A stretch of 64,000 nt of DNA from assembly GCA_964411565.1 (NCBI GenBank), contig CAYPLB010000001.1, positions 180,757 to 244,756 of the forward strand, given 5' to 3'. Origin of the DNA: Candidatus Woesearchaeota archaeon (GTDB lineage: Archaea; Nanobdellota; Nanobdellia; SCGC-AAA011-G17; GW2011-AR17). The notes under the pieces are model-generated. The model was not told the origin of the DNA and did no database searches. It worked only from the letters and a program-made list of their open reading frames with translations. Positions 9,270 through 19,258 of the stretch are shown piece by piece. Both the position numbers and the translations under genes were made by a program. The first letter of the stretch is position 1, and the number at the start of each line of letters is the position of its first letter.

Positions 9270-12200
9270 ATGATAATTAAAAGAGGTTTGTTGATTTTTG
9301 TAGTTCTATTTTTAGTAATTCCATTTGTTTTTGCTGCTAATGGATGTTGTGGAGAAACTGTTTCAGAAAATACTTGTGTTTATACTTCTGAAGAAAATTG
9401 TGATACTCCTTCATACTTTAATGAAAATGCACAATGTGAAGATACTAGTTTTTGTGGTGTTGGGTGTTGTGTTAAACCAGATGGTTTGTGTTCTGAAGGT
9501 GCTGGTGAATATTCTTGTGATGTTGTTGATGGTGAATGGACTGATGGAAGTTGTGATTCTTTAGATGCTTGTGAAAAAGTTTGTTGTGTTTATGGGGATT
9601 TTTATACATATAATACTGAAGGATATTGTGAAAATCTTTATGCACAATATGGAGGAGATATAGATTATTATGATGTGAACTCTGAAACCGAATGTTATGA
9701 AATGGAAAGACAAAGTAATCAAGGATGTTGTGTTACTGAAGATGGATGTAGTTATGTTAGTTTAGGTGAATGTGAAGTTGATGAAATTGATATGAGTACT
9801 GGATATGGTTTTTTTGAAAATGATTATTGTCATTATGTTGCAGGGGATTTGGAAGAAGGTGGATATGAAGCAGCAGCAATGTGTGATTGTGAATTAGATG
9901 AGGACTATTATGTTTGTGATAGTAGTGGACTGTATGTTTTAGAAGTTGATACTTGTGGTAATCAAGGAGATATTGTTGAAGAATGTAATTATCCAAGTTC
10001 AATTTGTTCAGAAAGTTCTGGTAAAGCAGAATGTATCTCAACAAGTTGTACAGAAACTTTTAGCTTTCCTGAAGATTCTGAATTTTCTAGATTTAATACT
10101 TACAAAGTTTATTATCAAGGTTTTGAATCTGAATTTGATTTTAAAGAAATTCAATTAGGGCAATCAAGAGAAAATGGAGAAACTTGGTGTATTTATGAAA
10201 GTCCAGTTGGAGGTTTTGCTGATAGAGTTGGAAGTAGACATTATGAGGCAATGTGTTATAATGGTGAAGAAATAATTAATCCATGTGGAGAAGCAAAAGA
10301 TAGAGATCAAGTTTGTGTTTCAAAATATGATAAGACTAATGAAGAATTTATTGGAGGTTGTGTTGATAATAATTATGATGACTACTATGGTGAAGATGCT
10401 ATAGTTGAAGGAATGGATACTTTAATTTATGTAGAACCTGTTAGTGAACCAGTTGAATTTGGAGCTGTTGAAGGAGAAGAAGGTGAAGTTGAAGAAGTTG
10501 ATGTTGATGATGAAGATTATGATCCTTTGTATTATCCTTATGGAGTTTCAACTGTTGCAACTTCTGGAAGTGACTACTGTTCTTTAGGAACTTTAGAATG
10601 TAATCTTTGGTATGCTGATAGATATGAAAGTTCTCCAGATACAGGTTGGGAACTTTATGGGAATGGAGTTTGTTTGAAACCTCATTTTGCTTTGACAGCA
10701 GCAGATTATTGTTCAGCAAGAGGAGATTGTGGTTTAGATTTAAATGTTATTGGAAAAAATGGTGGGACTAGTGGTTTTCAAATAACAAATTCAAGAGATA
10801 AAGTTGGTGATGCTTATGTAGGTTATGGATTTTTTGATAGAGATGATATTGGTTTTTTTACTTCTCCATTTATTAGTGATGTTTGGAGTGCAGTTTCTTC
10901 ATTATTGTTTGATAATGTACTTTTTGTTGGTGGTTGGGATGTTAACACAGGTGAATGGGATTGGATTTGGGAAAATCAAGTAGAAGTTTTTTATAATATT
11001 TTTGATATGTTTTTACCAGATCAGAATTCTGCTTCTACAACTCTTGTAAATTTGTTAATAAATTCAGAAATTGATGGTTCAGAAATTTTTGATGAAAAAG
11101 TTACTGATGAAAATTGTTTTGATATTGATGAAGCTCATGAAGGTGCATTTATGGAGCCAGATAAATGGGATTATTATTATCCAGTGTTTTTACAAGCTTT
11201 AGATTATAATACTTTTCAAAGAGGAAGTTTAGAAATAAATGATTTATATTGTAGGGAATACACTGCAGATAGTATTGAAGGATTATATTATTTAAGTAAA
11301 CAAGATTTTATGGGAGATTTGTTTGCAAGAAATTATATGGTAGGAAGATTCTTTTCATTTTATGATTTAGTTTTACACTCAACTTCATTTTTGCCAAGTG
11401 AAACTGAGTATGATGAAGTTTATGATATTATAGAAAGTGAAATTTGTAGAGATTCTGGACAAAGGTTTAGATCTTTATCTAGAGGTTTAGGTTTTAATAT
11501 TGAAACTGGTGAAGGAAATGCAAATTCTGAAATGCCTCAAAATGTTAGAGATTTAAATGTAGATTTATCTGTAGATAAAAATTATGGAGAACTAAATTTA
11601 GATCTATACACAAACTTTAGAAGTATTAAACCATGGTATGTTAGTAGTCAACATTTAGAATCTTCTTTGGAAGGAATATATAAAGTAGGTATGCCATTGA
11701 AGTCTTTAACATTTTATACAGGACAAATTGGTTGGTGTGGTGATAATAGTGAATTTGAAGCTGCTGGTGATGAAGGAAAAGAAATGGTTACAAAATCTTT
11801 TACCTGTGGTGCTTGGGAGCCTCCGGCTGGTGGTGATGATTGTCATCTTTGTGATACTTTAATGTCAGAGGGTGGTTTGGTTTATGATAAAGGTGATAAA
11901 GTTTATACTGGAACATTATGTAGTGAAGCTAGATGTGAAAGTTTAGGAGCAACTTGTGCATATATTGAAGAAAATAGAGAAGTTGCATTATATGATGAGT
12001 CAAGACCAAGTTGTATTGATGGAGGAGATTGTAGTCTTATACAGGCTCCAATTAGAAGTGCTGATTTAGAATTGTTAGATGAGCAAGGTTTTATGTATGA
12101 AGAAAGTGAGAATGGAACTAGATTAACAGATCTACCTGTAATGGAAACTTTTAAGTTTGCTTTGGAAGTTGATCCTGTTTCAAATTGTAAGTTTGTAAGT

Positions 12201-13292
12201 GAAGATGATCTTCCAGAAGATTGGACAACAAATCCTGATGCTGTAACTTATGAATCTTTAAGTTCAACAGTGCCATTAAGTGGTTATACAAATTATCATA
12301 ATTTTACTTGGCATGTAGATGAAGCAAATTATGTACAAAGGTTTTATGTGAGTTGTAAAAATTATTGTGGTGAAGAAAATTTAGATTTCTATTTAGTAGA
12401 ATTTGAAACTGGAGATGGTGAGAATATTAGTCCGCCAGTAATACAAACAACTTATCCTTTGGATGGAGAGTTAATACAATCTGATAGTGAAGAAGTTGAG
12501 TTGAAACTTTATTTGAATGAATATGCAGATTGTAGATATTCTGAGAATGCTTATACTGATTATGATTTAATGGAAAATGATTTTTTGTATTGTGATAATT
12601 CGTATAGTGGAGAAAGTTCAGGTTTAGGTTATCCAATTTGTTCAACTAATATTGATCTAAGTAATGGCTCTGCAAATCTTTATTTATTGTGTAAGGATAC
12701 AGAAGGGAATGCAATGACAGAACCACAATCTTGGGGAGTTTCAAAAACTGAGCCTTTGTTAATTTCACAAACAGCTCCATCAGGAGATTTATATTATAGT
12801 GAAGTGACTATGCAAATTTATACTACAAATGGAGGAGATAGTGGGAATTCTATTTGTTCGTTTAAAGAAGAAGGAAGTTCATATTATGTTGACATGGAAA
12901 ATTCTTATACTAATTATCATGAGCAAATTTTTACAGATTTAGCAGAAGGTAGTTATAGTTATTCAGTAAGTTGTGAAGATGAAGTTGGTAATGTTGTTGA
13001 AGGAACTGTGGAGTTTAATGTTGTTGTAGATAGAAGTGCATCAGAGATTAGTGGTTTGTATTATTTAGGAACTACATTATATATTATTACAGATGAAGCT
13101 GCAACTTGTCAATATGATGATGAAAGTTTTTCATATGGTTCTGGAACTGAAACTGCTGGTTCTGGAAGTACAGATCATACTATTGCTGTAGAAGATGGAG
13201 GGAATTATTATATTAATTGTGAAGATGAATTTGGTAATCAAATGGATGAAGTTGTGATCAATTTAGATTATTTTGTGTCTAATTCTATATAG
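9270..13292 (+). CDS. large secreted Cys-rich protein, paralog 1
   Basis: Signal peptide; N-terminal CC repeats; GETWC/VGSRHY, GDCG and CxAW.PP motifs shared with 14974 and 19259; C-terminal Ig-like repeats. Confidence 0.85.
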   Translation: MIIKRGLLIFVVLFLVIPFVFAANGCCGETVSENTCVYTSEENCDTPSYFNENAQCEDTSFCGVGCCVKPDGLCSEGAGEYSCDVVDGEWTDGSCDSLDACEKVCCVYGDFYTYNTEGYCENLYAQYGGDIDYYDVNSETECYEMERQSNQGCCVTEDGCSYVSLGECEVDEIDMSTGYGFFENDYCHYVAGDLEEGGYEAAAMCDCELDEDYYVCDSSGLYVLEVDTCGNQGDIVEECNYPSSICSESSGKAECISTSCTETFSFPEDSEFSRFNTYKVYYQGFESEFDFKEIQLGQSRENGETWCIYESPVGGFADRVGSRHYEAMCYNGEEIINPCGEAKDRDQVCVSKYDKTNEEFIGGCVDNNYDDYYGEDAIVEGMDTLIYVEPVSEPVEFGAVEGEEGEVEEVDVDDEDYDPLYYPYGVSTVATSGSDYCSLGTLECNLWYADRYESSPDTGWELYGNGVCLKPHFALTAADYCSARGDCGLDLNVIGKNGGTSGFQITNSRDKVGDAYVGYGFFDRDDIGFFTSPFISDVWSAVSSLLFDNVLFVGGWDVNTGEWDWIWENQVEVFYNIFDMFLPDQNSASTTLVNLLINSEIDGSEIFDEKVTDENCFDIDEAHEGAFMEPDKWDYYYPVFLQALDYNTFQRGSLEINDLYCREYTADSIEGLYYLSKQDFMGDLFARNYMVGRFFSFYDLVLHSTSFLPSETEYDEVYDIIESEICRDSGQRFRSLSRGLGFNIETGEGNANSEMPQNVRDLNVDLSVDKNYGELNLDLYTNFRSIKPWYVSSQHLESSLEGIYKVGMPLKSLTFYTGQIGWCGDNSEFEAAGDEGKEMVTKSFTCGAWEPPAGGDDCHLCDTLMSEGGLVYDKGDKVYTGTLCSEARCESLGATCAYIEENREVALYDESRPSCIDGGDCSLIQAPIRSADLELLDEQGFMYEESENGTRLTDLPVMETFKFALEVDPVSNCKFVSEDDLPEDWTTNPDAVTYESLSSTVPLSGYTNYHNFTWHVDEANYVQRFYVSCKNYCGEENLDFYLVEFETGDGENISPPVIQTTYPLDGELIQSDSEEVELKLYLNEYADCRYSENAYTDYDLMENDFLYCDNSYSGESSGLGYPICSTNIDLSNGSANLYLLCKDTEGNAMTEPQSWGVSKTEPLLISQTAPSGDLYYSEVTMQIYTTNGGDSGNSICSFKEEGSSYYVDMENSYTNYHEQIFTDLAEGSYSYSVSCEDEVGNVVEGTVEFNVVVDRSASEISGLYYLGTTLYIITDEAATCQYDDESFSYGSGTETAGSGSTDHTIAVEDGGNYYINCEDEFGNQMDEVVINLDYFVSNSI

Positions 13293-13439
13293 AGAACTTA
13301 CAATATTTTTTTAAGTTACTTAAATTAACTTATGAATATTCTCTAAGAGCTTCTAACTAATCAGAATATTATGTCGCTGTGAAGGTGAAAAGGTTTAAAC
13401 TATAATAATCTTTATAAATGTTTATTCTTTTAAGAGATT

Positions 13440-13898
13440 ATGGGGATTGTTGGAATTGAAAGATATGATGGTTCTCTTGACAATTTGTATCAAGGTTTAG
13501 GTATTCAAAAGGGATCTATTACAAGACAGTTAGACGAAGTTGATCCAAATACAAAAGTTCAAGAAGTTCTATCAAGAAATGAGATTTACCAAATTGAAAA
13601 AGCAATTAGTTTCAAGTTTTCTGATCTTCCAATGCCTATTGGATGGTTAAAACAAAAATCAGTTATTGCTGATTTTGCTCATTATGGAATTAAATATGTA
13701 GGGGAGTGTATGCCATATGATCAAAAAGTGGTATCAAAGTTAGCAGCAAAGTATGGTGCAGATAGATTGCTTCCTGTATCAGAATTTACTCTTAGCGGAA
13801 TAACAAAAATGAATGGAAGACCTTATCCAAATCCAAAAAGATCCACAATATTTTTTCAGTTACCTAAGTCAATTAATGAATATCCTTTGGGAGTTTAA
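13440..13898 (+). CDS. hypothetical protein
   Basis: 152 aa ORF with TATA box at 13411. Confidence 0.65.
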   Translation: MGIVGIERYDGSLDNLYQGLGIQKGSITRQLDEVDPNTKVQEVLSRNEIYQIEKAISFKFSDLPMPIGWLKQKSVIADFAHYGIKYVGECMPYDQKVVSKLAAKYGADRLLPVSEFTLSGITKMNGRPYPNPKRSTIFFQLPKSINEYPLGV

Positions 13899-14034
13899 AA
13901 ATAGAAAGTTTTAGGACTTGGTAGGATCTGATTGATAAATAATGAAATTTTCTAAGAATCAATTAATTTAGTATTAAATTCAATATAATTCTAAATGGAA
14001 AGCTTTTTAAACAATTGTTTATTATTTTAAACAT

Positions 14035-14559
14035 ATGTTTAATGAATTGGACATTTTAAAAATATTTTTTGAAGATCCTAATAGAGAGTTTAATGTTAGG
14101 GAAGCAGCAAGAGTTTTGAAAATTGCTCCAGCAACAGCTAGTAAGTTTTTGAAAAAGTTTGATAAAAAACGAATTCTTATTGGTAGAAAAGAAAGAATGT
14201 TGTTATTATACAAAGCAAATTTAGATAATGAATTATATAGAGATCTAAAAGTTTTTTATAATTTAAGAAAAATAAAAAGTTCTGGTTTTATTGAAGCTAT
14301 TGATAAATTTTATTTGAAACCCACAATTATATTTTTTGGATCTGCTTCTAAAGGATATGATGTTAAAGAAAGTGATTTTGATTTTATTATTATTAGTGAA
14401 AAAAAGAAAGATTTTCCTCATCAAAAGAAATTTGAAAAAAAGTTAATGAAAAATTTTCAGATTTTTGTTGTAAAGTCTATTAAAGGTTTAAGAAATGAAC
14501 ATCTTATGAATAATGTATTGAATGGAATTGTTATTCAAGGGAGGTTTGAATGGACTTAG
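14035..14559 (+). CDS. wHTH plus minimal nucleotidyltransferase (MNT) antitoxin-like protein
   Basis: N-terminal HTH (VREAARVLKIAPATAS) and FGS..KG.....SDFD motif. Confidence 0.85.
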   Translation: MFNELDILKIFFEDPNREFNVREAARVLKIAPATASKFLKKFDKKRILIGRKERMLLLYKANLDNELYRDLKVFYNLRKIKSSGFIEAIDKFYLKPTIIFFGSASKGYDVKESDFDFIIISEKKKDFPHQKKFEKKLMKNFQIFVVKSIKGLRNEHLMNNVLNGIVIQGRFEWT

Positions 14560-14969
14560 CTGATTGTGAAAAAAAAGGGTTTGTAAGAAAAGTAAGTAAA
14601 GATGAAGGTTTGGTAAAATCTTTAATTGAAATGTCGAAATTGAAAGAAAAAGTTGTTAAAGAGTCAAAGGTTAATGAAGAAAATATTTCTGTTTATGTTT
14701 CTTTAGCTTATGATTCTTTGAAAGAAATATTAGATTGTGTTTGTTTGATGAACGGGTATAAAGTAATGTCACATATTTGTGTTGGTGTTGTTTTGAAAAA
14801 TTTGTTTGAAGATTTTAATTTTGAAGATTTTGATAGAATGAGGTGGATTCGAAATAGTATCAATTATTATGGAGAACGAGTTGAATTTGATCAGGGAATG
14901 GAATTAATAAAAAATATTTTTAAAATGAAAAAGGAACTGTCTGAGAAGTTTCTTTTTAAAGATAAATAA
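14550..14969 (+). CDS. HEPN-domain toxin-like protein
   Basis: Overlaps the MNT gene; GYKV.SH and RNSINY (Rx4Y variant of the HEPN motif). Confidence 0.7.
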   Translation: MDLADCEKKGFVRKVSKDEGLVKSLIEMSKLKEKVVKESKVNEENISVYVSLAYDSLKEILDCVCLMNGYKVMSHICVGVVLKNLFEDFNFEDFDRMRWIRNSINYYGERVEFDQGMELIKNIFKMKKELSEKFLFKDK

Positions 14970-14973
14970 GGAA

Positions 14974-17900
14974 ATGTATTTAAATAAAATAAACATGAAA
15001 GAAAATATGCAAAAGAGGTTTGTGAAAGAGAAAGCTTTGCTTATGATATTTCTTATAGTAACTTTATCTTTTACAATTGCAAATTTTGAAGAAGTAAAAG
15101 CAGATGGAAATGTTTGTTGTGAATATACTAGTAGTGGAGATACTTGTGTTTATACTGATGAAGATAATTGTGATGGAGGAAATGCAGTAAGTACAAGTTG
15201 TGAACAAACTTCTTATTGTGAAGTTGGTGTTTGTGTTTCTAGTGAAGGTAAGTGTTCTGATGGGGTTGCAAAAACAACCTGTGAAAGTTTAGATTATGAA
15301 TGGCATGAAGGTTCAAGTTTGGATTATGATGTTTGTCAAAAAGAATGTTGTGTAATTGCTGAGTATCAGTGTTCTTATACAACAGAAGATCATTGTGGAT
15401 ATTTAATTGAAGATTTAGAAGATATAGAATTAGATTGGAGAGATGTAGATTCTGAAGCTGATTGTTCTAATATTTGTAGAAGTAGTGATAAAGGTTGTTG
15501 TGTAACAAGTGACTCTTGTAGTTATACAACTTATGGATTATGTGAAGATCCTGATATAGATTTGAATACAGGTACAGGTTTTTATGAAGAAGAATATTGT
15601 GCTGATTTAGGTGCATGTGCTTGTGTTTCACATGATACAAAAAGATGTGTAGATGAAGATGTTTATTGGTTTGATTCTTGTGGTAATCAAGAAGATGTAG
15701 CTGAGGATTGTGATTATCTTTCAAGCACTTGGTGTAATTATGATGAAGAAGAAGATGATTATATTTGTGATGATATAAATTGTGATGAAACTTTTGATGG
15801 AGTTTATACTATAGATGGTGTAGAAACTCAAAGAAACCCTCATGATGAAAGAATTGGTGGAGAAAGAGAACATGGAGAAAGTTGGTGTTTATATGAAAGC
15901 CCAGCTGGAGGATGGTTTGATAGGCCTGGTTCTCAACATTATAGAAGTTTTTGTTATTTTGGTGAGGAAATTATTGAACCTTGTGTAGATTATAGAGAAA
16001 GTGTTTGTATACAATATCCTTATACAACAACAAATAATTATACTTTAATGAATCCTTTTGAAGAATGGGGTTTAACTTTAGGGGATGATTATTCTAGTAC
16101 TATTTCTGAAGCTGGTTCAGCATGTATAGATAATGGTATATATCAAAATTTGATTAATGCAAATGTAACAACAGTTCCAAAAGGTAGTAGTTTGTCAAGT
16201 GAAAGTACCGATGAGGAAGGTACTTGTTCAAGTGGTAATCAGGAATGTCTTGTAACTTTTGGAAAAGATTCTAGATTTGGAGAGTGGCATTGTTATGATA
16301 ATTGTTATTGTTTAACTCCAGAATGGGCAGATCAAGCTGCAGGTTTTTGTGCAACTCAAGGAGATTGTGGAGCAAAATATAATTTAGCTGAAGAGTTTGT
16401 AGGAGATGGATTTTATATTACAAAGTCTCATGGTTATGCTGGTGGGTTTGATGATGATTCTGGAGAAGTTGAACATAATAAAACTTTGATCGGTTATGAT
16501 TTGAATTGTGTAGAAACTTGGTCAGTGCCTGGAGAAAATTCTGATCCTGAATGTACAAAATATTGTAAAGATGGAGAATCTGAAAATTGTTATTTTATTG
16601 ATGAAATGAGAGAAGAAGTTCAATTAGAATTGAAAGATGAGTATGGAGTATATGGTGGCTTAGTAGGTTTTTCACAGAGTATGGGTGAATATATAGCAAC
16701 TGAGCAAAGTCCAGGTTTGTCAACAGTTGGTGCTATTGCTATTGGAGCAGGTGCAGGTTTAGTTGCTGGTTTGGCTTTTTCAGCAGTAGCTGCAACAGTT
16801 GCTGTTGCTGCAGCTGGAGGAGGTTCAGTTTTAGTTGGAACTGGAACACTTTTTGCTGCGGGTATTTCCAATTTGATTCCTTATGTTGCTGGAGTTGGTT
16901 CTGTTCTTGGTCCAATTGGATGGGTTGTTGCTGGGGTTATTATTGTAATTGCTGTTATTGTAACATTAATTGTTGGTGGAGGTGAAGCGATTGAGATTAC
17001 AGTTTCTTCACATTGTGAAGCTTGGCAAGCACCAAGTGGTTTAGATTATTGTGAACTTTGTGATGTTGCTGTTTCAGATGGTGGTTTGGCTATTGATAAT
17101 AGTGAAGGAGATATTTTAAGAGGTTGGGAATGTACTGAGTATAAATGTAATAGTTTAGGTCAAACTTGTGAATATATTGAAGAAAATGTTGGAACTGAAA
17201 GAGCAATGTGTATTAGTGTTGCTACTAATGATGTGAACCATCCTGTAATTGAAGATGCTTATTTGTTAGGTAATTATAAGAATTTAGATGTGGAGTTTGT
17301 TAAAGATGATTATTTGAAAGTTAATGAAAAAATTGCACCTTATACTTTTTTTGAATTTGGAATTGAATTAGATGAAGTTGGTCAATGTAAAATTGAATAT
17401 GAAAGTTTACATGAGACTTATGAAGAAATGGATTTGTATTTTCCTGATTCATATTATGATTATGTTCATAATCAAAGTTGGATTTTAACTCCTAATGAGG
17501 TTTATAATTTTTACGTAAGGTGTCAAGATCATAATGCTAATTATAATATAGATGCATTTGTAATACAAGTTGAAACAACTGGAGGAGATGATATTACTCC
17601 ACCAAGTATAGATGCAACAAGTGTAAATAATGGAGCTTTTATTGCAAGTGGAGTTAATGAAACTGATGTAAGTTTATTTATGGACGAACCTGCAAATTGT
17701 AAGTGGTCGTTTAGTGATGCTGATTATAGTCTAATGGAATATTATATGAGTTGTTCTGGAATACCAGAAACTGCAAGTTCATTATTTGAAAATGAATGTA
17801 CTGCATTGTTGAATGTTTCATATGGAAATAATTATTATTTCTTTGCTTGTGAAGATGCAGCAGGAAATGCAAACACAGAAAATCATGCTTTTACTTTAGT

Positions 17901-18390
17901 AGGGACAGATCCTTTAGGTTTAGATTATGCTTCACCAAATGGAACTATATATTATGATTATACAACAATAAGTGCAGGAACTTCTGGAGGTGCTTATGGA
18001 GATGGAAAAGCTGTTTGTTCATATGATGGTATTGAATTTTTTACAACAAATACTTCAGTACATAGTCAAAATTTAGAAGATCTAGAAGCTGGAGATTATA
18101 ATTATAATATAGTTTGTAGTGATATTGCTGGTAATTCAAATTCAACAGAAATTAGTTTTACTATTGCTGTTGATAGTGATGCACCTGAATTAAGTGGTTT
18201 ATATTTAATTGATACAACTTTGTATTATGAATTAAATGAAGATGCTACATGTGAGTATTATTTTGAAGAATTTGATTATGGTGAAGGAACAAGTGTTGCA
18301 GGTTCATTTACATTAACGGAATTAAGTTCATATTATTTAATTTGTGAAGATGTATTTGGTAATCAAGGGGAGTTTGAAATTAGAGTTTAA
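14974..18390 (+). CDS. large secreted Cys-rich protein, paralog 2, with internal hydrophobic hairpin
   Basis: Same scaffold as paralogs 1 and 3; ~85 aa Gly/Ala/Val/Ile segment at ~16726-16983; true start may be 14995 or 15007. Confidence 0.85.
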   Translation: MYLNKINMKENMQKRFVKEKALLMIFLIVTLSFTIANFEEVKADGNVCCEYTSSGDTCVYTDEDNCDGGNAVSTSCEQTSYCEVGVCVSSEGKCSDGVAKTTCESLDYEWHEGSSLDYDVCQKECCVIAEYQCSYTTEDHCGYLIEDLEDIELDWRDVDSEADCSNICRSSDKGCCVTSDSCSYTTYGLCEDPDIDLNTGTGFYEEEYCADLGACACVSHDTKRCVDEDVYWFDSCGNQEDVAEDCDYLSSTWCNYDEEEDDYICDDINCDETFDGVYTIDGVETQRNPHDERIGGEREHGESWCLYESPAGGWFDRPGSQHYRSFCYFGEEIIEPCVDYRESVCIQYPYTTTNNYTLMNPFEEWGLTLGDDYSSTISEAGSACIDNGIYQNLINANVTTVPKGSSLSSESTDEEGTCSSGNQECLVTFGKDSRFGEWHCYDNCYCLTPEWADQAAGFCATQGDCGAKYNLAEEFVGDGFYITKSHGYAGGFDDDSGEVEHNKTLIGYDLNCVETWSVPGENSDPECTKYCKDGESENCYFIDEMREEVQLELKDEYGVYGGLVGFSQSMGEYIATEQSPGLSTVGAIAIGAGAGLVAGLAFSAVAATVAVAAAGGGSVLVGTGTLFAAGISNLIPYVAGVGSVLGPIGWVVAGVIIVIAVIVTLIVGGGEAIEITVSSHCEAWQAPSGLDYCELCDVAVSDGGLAIDNSEGDILRGWECTEYKCNSLGQTCEYIEENVGTERAMCISVATNDVNHPVIEDAYLLGNYKNLDVEFVKDDYLKVNEKIAPYTFFEFGIELDEVGQCKIEYESLHETYEEMDLYFPDSYYDYVHNQSWILTPNEVYNFYVRCQDHNANYNIDAFVIQVETTGGDDITPPSIDATSVNNGAFIASGVNETDVSLFMDEPANCKWSFSDADYSLMEYYMSCSGIPETASSLFENECTALLNVSYGNNYYFFACEDAAGNANTENHAFTLVGTDPLGLDYASPNGTIYYDYTTISAGTSGGAYGDGKAVCSYDGIEFFTTNTSVHSQNLEDLEAGDYNYNIVCSDIAGNSNSTEISFTIAVDSDAPELSGLYLIDTTLYYELNEDATCEYYFEEFDYGEGTSVAGSFTLTELSSYYLICEDVFGNQGEFEIRV

Positions 18391-18429
18391 CAAAAGCTTT
18401 ATAAATTTATAAGGGAGATATAAGGAGTA

Positions 18430-19191
18430 ATGAGAAAAAGAGGACAGTTAACTTTGTTTATAATTTTAGGTATTGTATTAATTGTGTTAATTGCTTTATA
18501 TTTTGTAGCAGTTAAAACTGAAATTATTCCACCATTGTTAACTCCTAGTGATGCTAATTCTGAAATGAATGAAATTGAAGAACATATTGAAGATTGTTTA
18601 AAAGCTGTTGGAATGAATTATCTTTATATCTTAGGACAGCAAGGTGGTTATTTGAATCCTGGTGAAGATACATATAGAATGTTTAATGATTCTATGATTA
18701 GTTATCTTTGTTGGAATCAAGAGAATAGTCCAACTTGTACAAATAGATTACTTACACTAAATAAAATGGAAGAACAGTTAGAAGATGCTGTTGATGATGC
18801 TTTGCAAACTTGTATTAATGTTTATGATTATAGTAAAGATGTTGAAGCTAATGATGATTGGGAATTAGATGTTACAATAAATTATTTTAATGTAGATTTT
18901 GATTTAAATTATCCTGTGTCTGTAGATAAAGGTGAAGATGATAGTGCGTCTGAAGATGAGTTTGGTTATGAAGCTGATGTGGCTCTTGGAGAAATTTATG
19001 AAGTTAGTCAAGATATTGTTAACCAACATGCTTCACTTGGAGACTTTGATCAGTTGTTGTATATGCTTTCAAAATTAAGTCGGTATACAATCTATAAAAA
19101 TAGACCTTATCCAGATGTTGTTTATCAAGTTAAGTTAAGAGAGAAAGCTTATGTGTTCCAGTTTGGAATTCAAGGTGAAGAAAATGTGTAA
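18430..19191 (+). CDS. class III signal peptide (pilin-like) protein
   Basis: MRKRG/QLTLFIILGIVL: basic residues, G/Q, then a hydrophobic helix. Confidence 0.8.
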   Translation: MRKRGQLTLFIILGIVLIVLIALYFVAVKTEIIPPLLTPSDANSEMNEIEEHIEDCLKAVGMNYLYILGQQGGYLNPGEDTYRMFNDSMISYLCWNQENSPTCTNRLLTLNKMEEQLEDAVDDALQTCINVYDYSKDVEANDDWELDVTINYFNVDFDLNYPVSVDKGEDDSASEDEFGYEADVALGEIYEVSQDIVNQHASLGDFDQLLYMLSKLSRYTIYKNRPYPDVVYQVKLREKAYVFQFGIQGEENV

Positions 19192-19258
19192 TATTATTTC
19201 TTATATACAAACTTTTATAAATCTATAAGTAATTAATTAATTAACGAGGGGTATTAAT

